Shown piece by piece: positions 41,201 through 50,837 of a stretch of DNA of 64,000 nt (within the stretch, counting starts at the first letter, position 1; each line of letters starts with the position of its first letter). Location of the stretch: positions 44,224 to 108,223 of the forward strand of contig JAZLKX010000028.1 in assembly GCA_045597865.1 (NCBI GenBank), written 5' to 3'. The translations under genes were made by a program, and so were the position numbers. This stretch comes from Bacilli bacterium. GTDB taxonomy: Bacteria > Bacillota_I > Bacilli_A > RFN20 > CAG-826. Under the pieces are notes generated by a model that worked only from the letters and a program-made list of their open reading frames with translations, did no database searches and was not told the origin of the DNA.

Positions 41201-41471
41201 ATTTAAATTGGCCAGAAGGGCTTGTACCCATTCCGCTATAACCTACGGTTGTTTTTCTTTTGCTTGAGTTTAGTGATTGAAGAGCAGAAAGTAGATCGTT
41301 ACCTGTTAAATCATCTGAAATACCACTATAGTAAGTATCAGCATCATGATTTGTGTAAGTTGCAAATGTTGGTACAACTTCATTTGAAGCTGTTTTAGCA
41401 GCTAAGCCAAGACCGCAAATTGATGTTGCGGCAAAGGCTAACAATATAAACGGTAATCTAATCTTCTTCAT
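38253..41471 (-). CDS. 1072-aa surface Endonuclease I with Ig repeats and TM anchor
   Basis: MNREHVWP.SHG, DDIHM.RP, RGDSAR, QGNRNPFID; Big_3/Big_2 repeats; PT-rich linker, TM, RRR tail. Confidence 0.88.
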   Translation of the reverse strand: MKKIRLPFILLAFAATSICGLGLAAKTASNEVVPTFATYTNHDADTYYSGISDDLTGNDLLSALQSLNSSKRKTTVGYSGMGTSPSGQFKYTDYDPNSVQYDSNGQPYGTKLITFYSGNSATSGMNREHVWPNSHGGNSVEDDIHMPRPTLNAENGSRGNSFYVEGKCHSSNGWDPAMEDFGLESYRGDSARIIFYCVVANSKLSLLEADSHSTSNSNRDNLMGRLSHLIKWHLENPVLEREQNRNEGAEYLQGNRNPFIDHRSYACKIWGNANSDTKKYCDQYNGWTDGDEPTPTKTLTKIAVSGTPTKKSYVAGEHFDTAGLTVTATFDDNSTENVTSKVTVSPDPLTKGTTSVTLSYTFGSVTQTATVSGITVTEATVNYGTLENPISVSAAKKIIENECTTSGSYTKQQIYCKGVAGSFLTSEDSTFRHKMYVKDLESTSSVVTVNSLNMTKDQYDVLETGDTIIFHGYGYIENSTDYFKFKGSDEVTLDRNVTKGDVIHVSSIDASIPSNDHHISDTFQISYTVSPSNATNKSVTFNSSDTSVATVSSSGLVTCKKIGNTTLTVTSVDNSSVKKTISLSVVKEPDIEVESIQVDQIYGTHYVGDEVQLDWTVYPSNATNKNVEFIVEDEDVATVSSTGLVSCVGVGSTMIQVHALDGSDVIEQVELVVSETPIDPIPVESIEIKNAPSTMYLNDELQLEVEILPSNATDKTLVWSSSDSRTITVSDTGLINAIDYDDSTITVSTVDGKVSDSCTISVVRKAPVNDIVEVVVAKYPDKTIYNVGEEFDSTGLVVEAHYLDGTVADVTSECEFSAPASMSIAGTKTINITFGTFTNISFKIEVIKDEVSELKIAKFPLKLNYFASEEFNPLGLQVEAKIGSKVKDVTQMVTFDFDFKKNNIVKVIFGELVAQFQVTIETGTITVEHKAADYTYIFKNELENVEKENVTLSMWNVLEYNYNSLSNDAKNALKNIVTNYGNGAVSAEDGLSEKLKECISNYDEIYLLHKDEGFTDFIGRNPKAPDPTPEPTPTPESETKPLFIVGIIVGIVFLVVIIIIIAVKVSKRRRNA

Positions 41472-41579
41472 ATCTTCATCTCACCTTTATTAGGTGATAT
41501 TACCATATACCCAAAATATAAAAAAAGCAAGTATTTTAATAATACTTACTCTTTTAATAGTTAATTTTAAGGACTAATT

Positions 41580-42080
41580 TTAATCCTGTTTTCTAACGTA
41601 TGTGCAAAATCTGATTGTGAAGTCTCCATCTTGCATTGGAATGCCTTCATCGATACATTCGAATGCTGGATCAAGATCAAGATTTGGGAAGAAAACTTCA
41701 GCCTCTCCATCAGCATCAACCTTGGTCAAAAGTACCTTGTCAACGTATGGTAAAGTTTGACGATAAATGGATGCTCCACCGATAACGTAAACATCTTCAT
41801 TTTTACCAAAATCCTGGAGAATTTGTAGGAATTTTTCAAAATTATGGATGTTTTCGACACCATCGTAATTATGAGTTGGATCACCGCTTAGGACGAAATG
41901 TTCACGGTTTCCAAGTGGCTTACCTCCAGGGAAAGAGAGCAAGGTATTTTCACCTAAGAAAACCTTGTGGCCTCTTGTCTCAAGTCTGAAATGTTTCATG
42001 TCGAGAGGCAAGTTAAAAAGAAGGCCGTTTTTCTTGCCGATACCATATTTGTTGTCAACACATAAAATTGAAATAATCAT
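41580..42080 (-). CDS. folA: dihydrofolate reductase
   Basis: GIG..N.L...LP.DM.HF, KPL.NR, VIGGASIY, FFP. Confidence 0.95.
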   Translation of the reverse strand: MIISILCVDNKYGIGKKNGLLFNLPLDMKHFRLETRGHKVFLGENTLLSFPGGKPLGNREHFVLSGDPTHNYDGVENIHNFEKFLQILQDFGKNEDVYVIGGASIYRQTLPYVDKVLLTKVDADGEAEVFFPNLDLDPAFECIDEGIPMQDGDFTIRFCTYVRKQD

Positions 42081-42081
42081 A

Positions 42082-42912
42082 TTAAATAGCCACCGGAATC
42101 TTTTCTTCTAATTTTTCGTATTCATAGTCTACGAGTTCGAAGTCTTCAACTTTGAAATCATAGAAATTTTTAACATTTGGATTAACTTTTAAGGTTGGTG
42201 CCTTATGTTGAGGTTTTGCGATAACTTTCTTAACTAAATCAACGTGTCTATCATAGATGTGTGCATCTGCAATAACATGTACGAGTGTACCAGGTTTTAA
42301 ACCAGAAACTTGAGCAAACATTATTAATAATAATGAATATTGTAAAACGTTCCAGTTATTTGCAGTTAACATGTCGTTACTTCTTTGATTTAAAATGCCG
42401 TTTAATGTATCTCCAGTGACATTAAATGTCATTGAGTAAGCACATGGATAAAGATGCATTTCATGAAGATCTTGGAAGTTATAGATGTTTGTCATAATTC
42501 TTCTTGATTGAGGATTGTGTTTTAAATCATAAAGAACTCTATCAACTTGATCAAAGTCTCCTTCAGGATAATGATGTTTAACTCCTAATTGGTATCCATA
42601 GGCTTTGCCTATTGAACCAGTTTCATCAGCCCAGCTATCCCAAATATGAGATTTCAAATCATGAATGTTATTGGATTTCTTTTGCCAAATCCAAAGAAGT
42701 TCATCTAAACATGACTTAAATGCTGTTCTTCTAATAGTTAAAATTGGTAATTCTTCTTGTAAGTTGTAACGGTTAACAATACAGAATTTCTTGATTGTAT
42801 GAGCAGGTGTCCCGTCTTCCCAATGTGGTCTAACTGGAAGCTTCTCATCTGAAAAACCAGTCTCAAGAATTTCCTTCATGTTTGCTACAAAAATTTCATC
42901 TGCACGTGACAT
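42082..42912 (-). CDS. thyA: thymidylate synthase
   Basis: ELLW, IWD.WAD, SRR, LYPC, QRS.D, DAHIY. Confidence 0.96.
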   Translation of the reverse strand: MSRADEIFVANMKEILETGFSDEKLPVRPHWEDGTPAHTIKKFCIVNRYNLQEELPILTIRRTAFKSCLDELLWIWQKKSNNIHDLKSHIWDSWADETGSIGKAYGYQLGVKHHYPEGDFDQVDRVLYDLKHNPQSRRIMTNIYNFQDLHEMHLYPCAYSMTFNVTGDTLNGILNQRSNDMLTANNWNVLQYSLLLIMFAQVSGLKPGTLVHVIADAHIYDRHVDLVKKVIAKPQHKAPTLKVNPNVKNFYDFKVEDFELVDYEYEKLEEKIPVAI

Positions 42913-43099
42913 AAAAGTTATCTCCTTGGTGAATAGTATACCAGTTTATACAATAAACTCCACTGTTATCAAAACTTTTTTAATTATATTAAAGTAATAA
43001 CTGTGGAGTTTTTATAGCTTTTTCGCATGACTAAAACAAAGAAAAAGCCGGGATTTCCCGGCAATTTCCCCGCAAAATCGCGGATATTTTTAATTTTTG

Positions 43100-46000
43100 T
43101 TATTTGCAAATACTTGGCATTTCAGTGTCTAATTTTACACTAACTGATTTTCCTGGTTTATCCAAATAATTGGCATCATAACTTGCCTTTTCTTCAGCAC
43201 TCTTGTTGTTATAATAGCCGCAAATTTTTTCAAATCTTTCGTGAGCTGCTTTATAAATGTTGCTTGTTGCCCATGATTCAGAAGTTGGCTCAATGTCAAC
43301 GAGGTTAATGGTTGCATCTAATCCGATTGTAACAATTGCTTGAACTGATAATTTACCCTTAAGTTGATTGAGGTAGCAGCTTTCGTCATCGCCATTTGCA
43401 ACTTTAGAACCATAAAGTTTTGCATCAAGAGATTTGAGGGCGGAAATACCACTGACTCTGTCAAGGTTCATTCCAATATCCCATTCATACTTGTTATTTG
43501 CGACATCGATTTTGTCGACAAATCCATTTTCTTTGAACATGGATTCATAATCTGCAACACCTGCTCCAGTATCGAGATTAATCTTACCAACTTGAGAGGC
43601 AAGGGTGTCTCTAAAGTCAAGGACGCCTGCAAGTAAGTATTGAGCAATATTGTCAACAAATCCTTTGGATGTTGCTCTATAGTAATATTGTTCAAAACCG
43701 TGTCTGAAGGCACCAGTGTGGTTTTCATTTCTAACAATGTGGAAATAACCGCCAACATTATCAGATGAAGTTATATCGTAATGCCTTGCAGGTTCAAACA
43801 AGAACTCTGATGAAACAGTAGTAAATGCGTCGTTAGAAGCAATAATAATGTATGGAATGTCTTTAAAGACACCATAAACTTTTGTATCTTCACCAACAAC
43901 TTCGATATAGAAATCTAACTTAATTTTGACTAAATCAATAACTGACAAGTTAATTGTTACATCTGCTGTTAAGTGGTAACAGTTAAGTTCGGTTGATTCA
44001 ATACCAAATTGAACAAGTGTTGCAAGTGATGAGAAGTTCATGAATGTGTCTTCTACATTAACTGGATTTTCCATTTCTGGATCGAAATCTTGTAATGTAA
44101 TCTTAAGATTAACGACTTTGTTTCCTAATGTTTCATTCAAAACAAGATTAATGATTTCGATAGATTCAAGTTGTTTAACTTCATTTACAACTTTGAAGTT
44201 GAGGTGAATCTTCATATCTTCTTCAACAAAGCCTGCGAAGAGATCTTTTGATAAATCAAGCTCTAAATATGTTCCTTCGATATTTTGTGCAATCTTATGA
44301 ACAAAGCCTGATCCTGCAAGTCTTAAATAGTCTTTTCCTGCAATAATTTGTCCAATAGCAGATTCATAAATAATCTTAATGATTGGATCTAAGAATTTCA
44401 TAAATCTACGATCTTGTTTTTCAATAACTCTCATGACAACTGCAATGATGTCATCTAAAGATGAAACTTGTAATTTACCTTTAAGTTTTCCGGTTGGACC
44501 GTAAACAAGTTTCATATCATTGTCTTCTTCATTATTTGAAGTGTTGTTAACAAAAATACTGATTGGATGTGTTTCAGATTTTTCTGCAACATTTTCTGCG
44601 TTTTTGTGGTTGTAGATATTAATATCTCCAAAGCCCCACTTTTCGCCATAATCAAGTTGTCCTTTTCCTTCAAATGACATACCTAATTGGTCTTGACCAA
44701 GTAATGAGCCTTCGAGTTTAAAACCAGTTTGTTTAGAATCAAGGATTTGTGTAACTTGATCAAAAACACCCGAGACAAAGTCTAATGGTTGATAATTATC
44801 TTTATCTTCTAAAACTGCATCAATATTTGTTTTTTCATATGGTCTAGTAGTTAAGTCGAGTTGGAAAATACCTTCTGCCATTTGAATATCTGAACACTTC
44901 AATGAAGTGACACCTGTTTCTCCATTTTGTGTTGCACCTAAAGTAAGTTCAACTTTGGAGTTTTCACCAAGACCAAGTGAACTTAAATTTAATTTAAGAT
45001 CTAAGCCTTCTTCTAAGGAAGAGATGGATTCAAGAACATCAATAATTCCTTCGTAATGTCCGGCTTTAATGTCTTCGACAAGAATTGATTTTGTGATGAA
45101 ATCAAATAAGCCTTCTTCTTGTGGTTCACCACGAACTGCTCTTCTAGCTCTTTCATCAGCGTCGCCTTCAATAAGTGGGCTAACTTTATCAATGATTAAG
45201 TTAAGGGATTCAATATCCATCTTAGCTTTAATAACATCATCATTTAATGATAAGTATGCATTTTGATCTGCGTATGTAAGATTTAAGTCTGCATAGTGTT
45301 CTTCATCTCTGTTTACAGAGAGACCAATGCCAGCATTAATGTTATCAAGAAGTTTTTCAACAACAGTTTCTTCTCCATCTTCAGATCTAGTAACTTGTTT
45401 TGTAACAATTTCTTCTTTTCTGAAGGTTTCAGCATTGATTACTTTTGGAATGTATGAAAGTAAATCAAATTGAGATAAATCAACATCAATATCTCCACTG
45501 ATTTGACCGATATTTGTAACATCTTCACCAACAATTTGATCAACATTGAAATCTAAGTCAAGACCAATGGTTCTTTCGTTAATTAAATTAAAGACATCGG
45601 TAAACCAAGATTTGTAGTTAATAATTTCAATAAACGTTTTGTCTTTATAATCATGGAGACCATCATAACGTTCATCATCGAATGCATAAACTTCATGGTC
45701 TTTAAAGATTTCAAGGCTTACTGAACCTGAAATGCTAACATTTCCAATATTAACACTTACAAGGTCTGCACCAAGTAAATCATTGGTTTCTTTATCAAGA
45801 TAAAGTGCAAGCTTAATTGGATCTTCTCCTTCGCCTAAAGCGATAGATAAATCTACTTCTACTTTTTTCTCATCAAAATCTTTTTCTTCGGTTTCAAGAC
45901 CAAGTCCACCGCCACCAGACATAAGTGAACCAATATCAAAATCGCTAAGTAAACCATCAATAACACTATCAATATCAAAATCGATACCTAAACCTTCTTC

Positions 46001-46510
46001 TTCAGAAACACTAGGATTGAAGAATAATGTGTTAAGGTGATCAAATAAATCTTGTGTAGAGTTATGGCTTGATTTGAGATATAAATCTTGGAATGCAAGA
46101 TAGAAATCTCTGCCTATGTAGCCTATGGCTAAATCAACAGTTTTTGTGTTGTATTCAACACCTAAATCTAAAGTAACATCAAAATCATTGATGCTTTCCA
46201 TTGAAAGAGCTAAGGAACCATCAATAGTAACTTCGTTATCTGGCCATTCAATCTTAAGTGAATCGATAGAGCCAACAATACCTTCTAATTTTTCATCTGA
46301 ATCAACATCGACTGCATTCATAAGTCTTGAAACAAACTTTGAAAAGTGTGTTTCTTCAGGTGTTTCAATTTCAGGTTCGTCAAAGACGATATTTCTAATT
46401 CTACCTGGAACAAGGAAAAATGTGGCAGCTAAACCTGCTGCGAATGCAAGAAAGCCTGATCCAATACGAATCGACCATTTTTTAATTTTTTGTTTCTTTT
46501 CTTTTGTCAT
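43100..46510 (-). CDS. 1136-aa acidic beta-rich protein with N-terminal membrane anchor
   Basis: Long ORF, single N-terminal TM; no family recognised. Confidence 0.7.
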   Translation of the reverse strand: MTKEKKQKIKKWSIRIGSGFLAFAAGLAATFFLVPGRIRNIVFDEPEIETPEETHFSKFVSRLMNAVDVDSDEKLEGIVGSIDSLKIEWPDNEVTIDGSLALSMESINDFDVTLDLGVEYNTKTVDLAIGYIGRDFYLAFQDLYLKSSHNSTQDLFDHLNTLFFNPSVSEEEGLGIDFDIDSVIDGLLSDFDIGSLMSGGGGLGLETEEKDFDEKKVEVDLSIALGEGEDPIKLALYLDKETNDLLGADLVSVNIGNVSISGSVSLEIFKDHEVYAFDDERYDGLHDYKDKTFIEIINYKSWFTDVFNLINERTIGLDLDFNVDQIVGEDVTNIGQISGDIDVDLSQFDLLSYIPKVINAETFRKEEIVTKQVTRSEDGEETVVEKLLDNINAGIGLSVNRDEEHYADLNLTYADQNAYLSLNDDVIKAKMDIESLNLIIDKVSPLIEGDADERARRAVRGEPQEEGLFDFITKSILVEDIKAGHYEGIIDVLESISSLEEGLDLKLNLSSLGLGENSKVELTLGATQNGETGVTSLKCSDIQMAEGIFQLDLTTRPYEKTNIDAVLEDKDNYQPLDFVSGVFDQVTQILDSKQTGFKLEGSLLGQDQLGMSFEGKGQLDYGEKWGFGDINIYNHKNAENVAEKSETHPISIFVNNTSNNEEDNDMKLVYGPTGKLKGKLQVSSLDDIIAVVMRVIEKQDRRFMKFLDPIIKIIYESAIGQIIAGKDYLRLAGSGFVHKIAQNIEGTYLELDLSKDLFAGFVEEDMKIHLNFKVVNEVKQLESIEIINLVLNETLGNKVVNLKITLQDFDPEMENPVNVEDTFMNFSSLATLVQFGIESTELNCYHLTADVTINLSVIDLVKIKLDFYIEVVGEDTKVYGVFKDIPYIIIASNDAFTTVSSEFLFEPARHYDITSSDNVGGYFHIVRNENHTGAFRHGFEQYYYRATSKGFVDNIAQYLLAGVLDFRDTLASQVGKINLDTGAGVADYESMFKENGFVDKIDVANNKYEWDIGMNLDRVSGISALKSLDAKLYGSKVANGDDESCYLNQLKGKLSVQAIVTIGLDATINLVDIEPTSESWATSNIYKAAHERFEKICGYYNNKSAEEKASYDANYLDKPGKSVSVKLDTEMPSICK

Positions 46511-47429
46511 TTTGCTGCCTCCTCATTTAATCCTTTGTAATCAATTTTTTCTGCAAGTTCTGGGAATTTCATTTCTTTCCCTGGGAAATAGTAATACATG
46601 AGGTCGTTTTCAACGCCCGCTGATACTCCAACCATTGTTGCAGTGAATTTTGAATGTTCATTCATCTTCACAATATTTAGATTCTCATCTAACCAATAGG
46701 TTAGGTCTAACAACGAGAACGTTGGATACGTTGCCAAATCAGAAATCGTCTTCATTTGGTAACGGTAGTTATATGCACCTTTTGTTGGCTGTAAGCTAAG
46801 CGTTACTTTGTAACCATCACCGTCTTTTACAAGTTCCTGTTTTTCGACGGTGCTTGTTGCAATCAAATAGATTGCCATGTCTGGGAGATTGCGCCCCCAC
46901 GCCTCTTTGTACTCATTGTACTTGTACACAACAGGCTCGCTCTTGAATGTAGCGTGTGCATCATTACCATCTACGATAACGTCACCGCTGCCTGTTTCAT
47001 TAAATACTTTAGTATCTTCAAGTTCGCCTTCTTGTAACATACGTTTGGCAACGCCAACCATTGAAGATTTTGAGATTTGTTCTTCGAAGTATGAGTTATT
47101 TCTCTTTATTTGAACACTTCGAATGTATTGTTTAACTGCTGTATCTGCTAAACCAGTACAGAATGAAACTGAATATTCGTTTTGTTTATACTTCTCAAAG
47201 GAGTAATTAACGATTTCGAAAGGTTGAAGTTGTTCAGTAGCAGCTTTTACAGATCCTGCTTTCTCAACTGCCTTGAATAATTCATCAGCATTTGGTTTGC
47301 AGGCTTCTGGATTAAAGCCAACAATGTTTTCGACTGGTTCAACGATGCATCTTTTGTAGATAACACCTGCTCCAGCTCCAACAACTAGTGCGCTTCCTCC
47401 AATGATTGATAACAGTACAGCCGTTTTCA
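46507..47429 (-). CDS. hypothetical membrane-anchored protein
   Basis: ORF (track start 47448; MKTAV start ~47430) with N-terminal TM, overlapping the next gene. Confidence 0.6.
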
Positions 47430-47607
47430 TAACGCATATAGTGTACACGGAAGTTGAGCGTGTGTTCTATATTGTTTGGAACCAGAAAGAGAGAGAAGAG
47501 AGTTGACTCTCAAAATCAGAGAGTTTGGAGAAAAATATTCTCCTGGTACCCACCAAAATCGCATTTTTTCATTGAAAAGGGCTGAAAATAGTGTAAAATG
47601 GTGTTGT

Positions 47608-48222
47608 ATGGAAAAATTAGATCAAATCATTGCAACGAACCTCACCTACCTAAGAAGGAGAGCCAAATTAACCCAATTAGAGTTCGGGGAGAAGTTCAAT
47701 TATAGCGACAAAACCGTCTCAAAATGGGAAATGGGCACAGTAATTCCAAGTGTCGAAACTTTAAAACAAATTGCTGATTTTTATGGTGTCTCACTTGACT
47801 ATATTTGCACACAACACAAGTCATCAAAAGACTATGAATCTGAAAAAGGAAAAGTTGTTAAGCCACAAGAAAAGATGATCTTCATGGCATTGTTCGTTAG
47901 TGTCATTTGGTTTATTGCAGCTGTTGTTTATGCAGTTGGCTATATGAGACTCGGTACAGCAGACTCAGCACAAAATACTTGGTGGGTCGCCTTTATTTAC
48001 GCTGTTCCAGTTTCATTCATGGTTTTGGCATACTTTGTTACCAGATATTTCAAAGGTTCAAAATGGTCATACATTTTCTTCTCTGCATTCATCTGGTCAC
48101 TTCTCGGATCCATTTATGCAAACCTATTTGTATTAGGTTCTAATTACTGGTTCTTGTTCCTTATTGGTGTACCTGCGCAAGCGTCTATTATCTTATTAAG
48201 AAAGTTAAGAAAAAATAACTAA
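47608..48222 (+). CDS. XRE-family HTH regulator with C-terminal TM helices
   Basis: LRR...LTQ.E......YSDKTVSKWE.G...P....L..IA..YGVSLD; start at 47608 follows TTGAAA-16-TAAAAT. Confidence 0.85.
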   Translation: MEKLDQIIATNLTYLRRRAKLTQLEFGEKFNYSDKTVSKWEMGTVIPSVETLKQIADFYGVSLDYICTQHKSSKDYESEKGKVVKPQEKMIFMALFVSVIWFIAAVVYAVGYMRLGTADSAQNTWWVAFIYAVPVSFMVLAYFVTRYFKGSKWSYIFFSAFIWSLLGSIYANLFVLGSNYWFLFLIGVPAQASIILLRKLRKNN

Positions 48223-48491
48223 AATATTCGAGAATATGAGCGAAAATCCTCCAAATTCTGGAAGATTTTTTCTTTTTTGATACCTCTAAGTGCTTGTGTT
48301 CCAATTAGTGCAAATGTATCCCCTTGAACACACCAACATGGATGAAACTTATCATCATTTCTTAGCTCTTCATACATCAATTTAAAGCCAAGATTTTCTA
48401 AAAATTTGATCAATTCTTTTTGCTCTTTTTTGCTACTAACAAAAATGGCGTGGCCTTCTTGAAAAATTGCCTTATTAATTTGGTTTGACAT
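48219..48491 (-). CDS. 90-aa hypothetical protein under SAM riboswitch control
   Basis: AGGAGG RBS (48501-48506) before MSNQINK; lies downstream of the riboswitch terminator. Confidence 0.75.
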   Translation of the reverse strand: MSNQINKAIFQEGHAIFVSSKKEQKELIKFLENLGFKLMYEELRNDDKFHPCWCVQGDTFALIGTQALRGIKKEKIFQNLEDFRSYSRIF

Positions 48492-48532
48492 ATATAATTT
48501 CCTCCTTATGTCTTGCCATAAAGAAGAACAAA

Positions 48533-48549
48533 GCCCATACAAGATGGGC
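48533..48549 (-). terminator. riboswitch-controlled terminator
   Basis: GCCCAT-CTTGT-ATGGGC + TTTGTTCTTCTTT; 5' arm CCCATCT can alternatively pair with AGATGGG at the P1 3' strand. Confidence 0.8.
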
Positions 48550-48568
48550 AAAGTAATAAAAAAATAAC

Positions 48569-48648
48569 CCATCTACCAAGCTTTAGCACCTTACTATTTG
48601 CAGGTTGCTGACGGGTCATTGAGCTTGTCTCTCGCCGTCTCTTTATGG
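48569..48648 (-). ncRNA. SAM-I (S-box) riboswitch, compact P4-less form
   Basis: CCAT-AAAGAG-ACGG-CGAGAG-ACAAG-CTC-AATGA-CCCGT-CAGCAACC...AGGTGCTAA-AGCTTG-GTAG-ATGG: P1, kink-turn P2, GCAACC/GGTGC P3 and CAAGC/GCTTG pseudoknot; TGaTATAAT promoter at 48656-48664. Confidence 0.88.
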
Positions 48649-48748
48649 TGCATATATTATATCACAAATAAGCTCCAATTTCCATTAAATCTGGCATAGG
48701 GATTATTATTACTTACAAAACAAAAGTTTTCCGTGTATAATAAAGCCT

Positions 48749-50638
48749 ATGTACGTAATTAACCAGATTTACGGATTAGCAATCGCAGTAGTTCTATTAA
48801 TATTATTCATGACTACTAGAAGACTTACCTTAAAAGGTACTTCTTCTTTCTTACGAACAATTGTTATTGTTATTATCTGTCTTTTCTTTGATGCTCTTTC
48901 CTGTGTTGCAATTAAAAACTGGTACACACCAGAAAATTCAAATGGCCTCAACTTGTTAGTCCAAGCAATATGTAAAACATATTTAATCACGATGATTTGG
49001 GTTGGTTGGACAAACTTCTGTTACGTATGTCTTGACCTGAACTCAACCAAAAAGAAACATAATAGACTTTGTTTTATTATGGCTGGCATTACTTTAGTAA
49101 TGTCTGTAATTATTGGCGTCTTACCTATTGATGTTGTTTATATTTCAGAAAAAGAAATGTTTACACAAGGTGCTGCAGTTATTGCAACCTATGTTTGTGC
49201 TCTTTTCTTTATCTTCTCATCAATCATCGTTGCAATCTATGTCTTAAGAGTCAGAAATAGAAGACGTGGATTTGCAGTTTTGTTCTCGCACATTATTTGG
49301 ATTTCTGCAGCGGGCGTACAGGCATTTAATAATGCTTTATTGCTTGTTGGCTTAGCAATGGCTGTTGGTTTGCTTATCCTTTATATTGTTATGGAAAATC
49401 CAGACGCACACATTGATAGAGCGCTTGAATGTTATTCAAGCTCTGCCTTTAATGAGTATTTGGAGTACATTTTCGAAAAGAAAAAAGAAGTTTGTGTTCT
49501 TGATGTTTCTGTCACTTCTACATCAGCGATGGAAGGCAAAGGTGTCAACATCCAAAAAGAAGTCAAAAAATTGATCCATTATGCTTCTAAAAATAGAAAA
49601 ATTCGTATCTTTAAAACATTTAACGTTGGAATAGCTATTGTCGCTGAAAATAAAGAGATAATTATTAATGCAATTCAAGACTTAGTTAAGGTTGCTCAAG
49701 AGAAACAAGTCAGCAAAAATATCCTTATTCTTTTCATCCCAAGTCTTGAGGGTGTAAACGATACTTATAACCTTACAAGATTAATGACTTTTGCAAGACA
49801 ACAATTTAGAGAAAAAACTGGAGAAATCAACGAAATTACCCTTGAATTCGTGGATAAATTCAATTCTTTAGACATTGTTAACAACGAAATTTTAAAAGCC
49901 TTAGATGATGATAGAGTCGAGGTATTTTATCAACCAATTTATAACACAAAACAAAAGACTTTTGAACTCGCAGAAGCCCTTTGTAGAATTAGAAATTCAG
50001 ATGGTTCATTAATGTCTCCGGGAACTTTTATTCCTGTATCGGAATCTACAGGTTCTGTTTCGCTTTTAGGTGAACGCGTTTATAGAAAAGTATGTGATTT
50101 CTATAATGAAGATAAAATCGAAACTCTTGGTGTTCAAAATATTGACGTTAATCTATCCGCAGTACAATGCGATAATCTTGAACTTGCAAGGAAGTTTGCA
50201 GACATCGCAAAAGAAAAAGGAATTGCTCCGAGCATGATTTCATTTGAAATTACTGAAACAGCATTCTCCTCAGTAAAAGCAAATATGTTAAACAATATGA
50301 ATCAATTAATTGATTCTGGTTTCGAATTTGCACTTGATGACTTTGGTAAAGGTGCTTCTAACCTTATGTACGCAATTGAGATGCCTGTTAAAGTTATTAA
50401 ACTCGACATGGAACTCACACAACTCTTTATGAAAGACGAGAAAGCAAAAGCTGTTGTTAATGCAATTATTAAGATGTCACACGATATGAATCTTAAGGTT
50501 GTATCAGAAGGTGTAGAAACAAAAGAGCAAGTTGATATCATTGCAAAGGCTGGTATTGACTATATTCAAGGCTTCTACTTCTCAAAACCACTACCAAAAC
50601 AAGAATATTTAGAGTTCTTGAAAGGACATCAAAAATAG
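48749..50638 (+). CDS. membrane-bound EAL-domain c-di-GMP phosphodiesterase (degenerate middle domain)
   Basis: ~7 N-terminal TMs; YQPI, EAL, VNLS, EITE, LDDFG.G, KLD, EGVE, QGFYFS. Confidence 0.9.
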   Translation: MYVINQIYGLAIAVVLLILFMTTRRLTLKGTSSFLRTIVIVIICLFFDALSCVAIKNWYTPENSNGLNLLVQAICKTYLITMIWVGWTNFCYVCLDLNSTKKKHNRLCFIMAGITLVMSVIIGVLPIDVVYISEKEMFTQGAAVIATYVCALFFIFSSIIVAIYVLRVRNRRRGFAVLFSHIIWISAAGVQAFNNALLLVGLAMAVGLLILYIVMENPDAHIDRALECYSSSAFNEYLEYIFEKKKEVCVLDVSVTSTSAMEGKGVNIQKEVKKLIHYASKNRKIRIFKTFNVGIAIVAENKEIIINAIQDLVKVAQEKQVSKNILILFIPSLEGVNDTYNLTRLMTFARQQFREKTGEINEITLEFVDKFNSLDIVNNEILKALDDDRVEVFYQPIYNTKQKTFELAEALCRIRNSDGSLMSPGTFIPVSESTGSVSLLGERVYRKVCDFYNEDKIETLGVQNIDVNLSAVQCDNLELARKFADIAKEKGIAPSMISFEITETAFSSVKANMLNNMNQLIDSGFEFALDDFGKGASNLMYAIEMPVKVIKLDMELTQLFMKDEKAKAVVNAIIKMSHDMNLKVVSEGVETKEQVDIIAKAGIDYIQGFYFSKPLPKQEYLEFLKGHQK

Positions 50639-50639
50639 T

Positions 50640-50777
50640 ATGAAAAAAGAGAAGAAAAACGAGGCACCAAGAACTATCTCAAAAGCCGATCAAGATATGA
50701 TTGATGAACTCGATTACGAGTATAAAAAAGCCCACAAGCCTTATGACAAGTGGGAGAGACATTGGGACGAAGCTTAA
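50640..50777 (+). CDS. 45-aa small protein (not in ORF track)
   Basis: MKKEKKNEAPRTISKADQDMIDELDYEYKKAHKPYDKWERHWDEA; starts 1 nt after the EAL stop, AAAGGA upstream. Confidence 0.5.
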   Translation: MKKEKKNEAPRTISKADQDMIDELDYEYKKAHKPYDKWERHWDEA

Positions 50778-50837
50778 TCGTCCCTTTTATTTGGGTTTTT
50801 ACGGGGATTTCCACGCAAAATCCCAAATATTTTGCCT

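Noticed and set aside
42955-43011. 15-bp inverted repeat around an AT-rich core upstream of thyA as a MITE or DnaA-box cluster
   Set aside because: It is single-copy, with no clear target duplication and poor TTATCCACA matches.
47476-48572. Longer ORF-track starts for the XRE gene (47476) and the 117-aa ORF (48572)
   Set aside because: The extensions overlap the promoter and the SAM riboswitch platform; better starts are 47608 and 48491.
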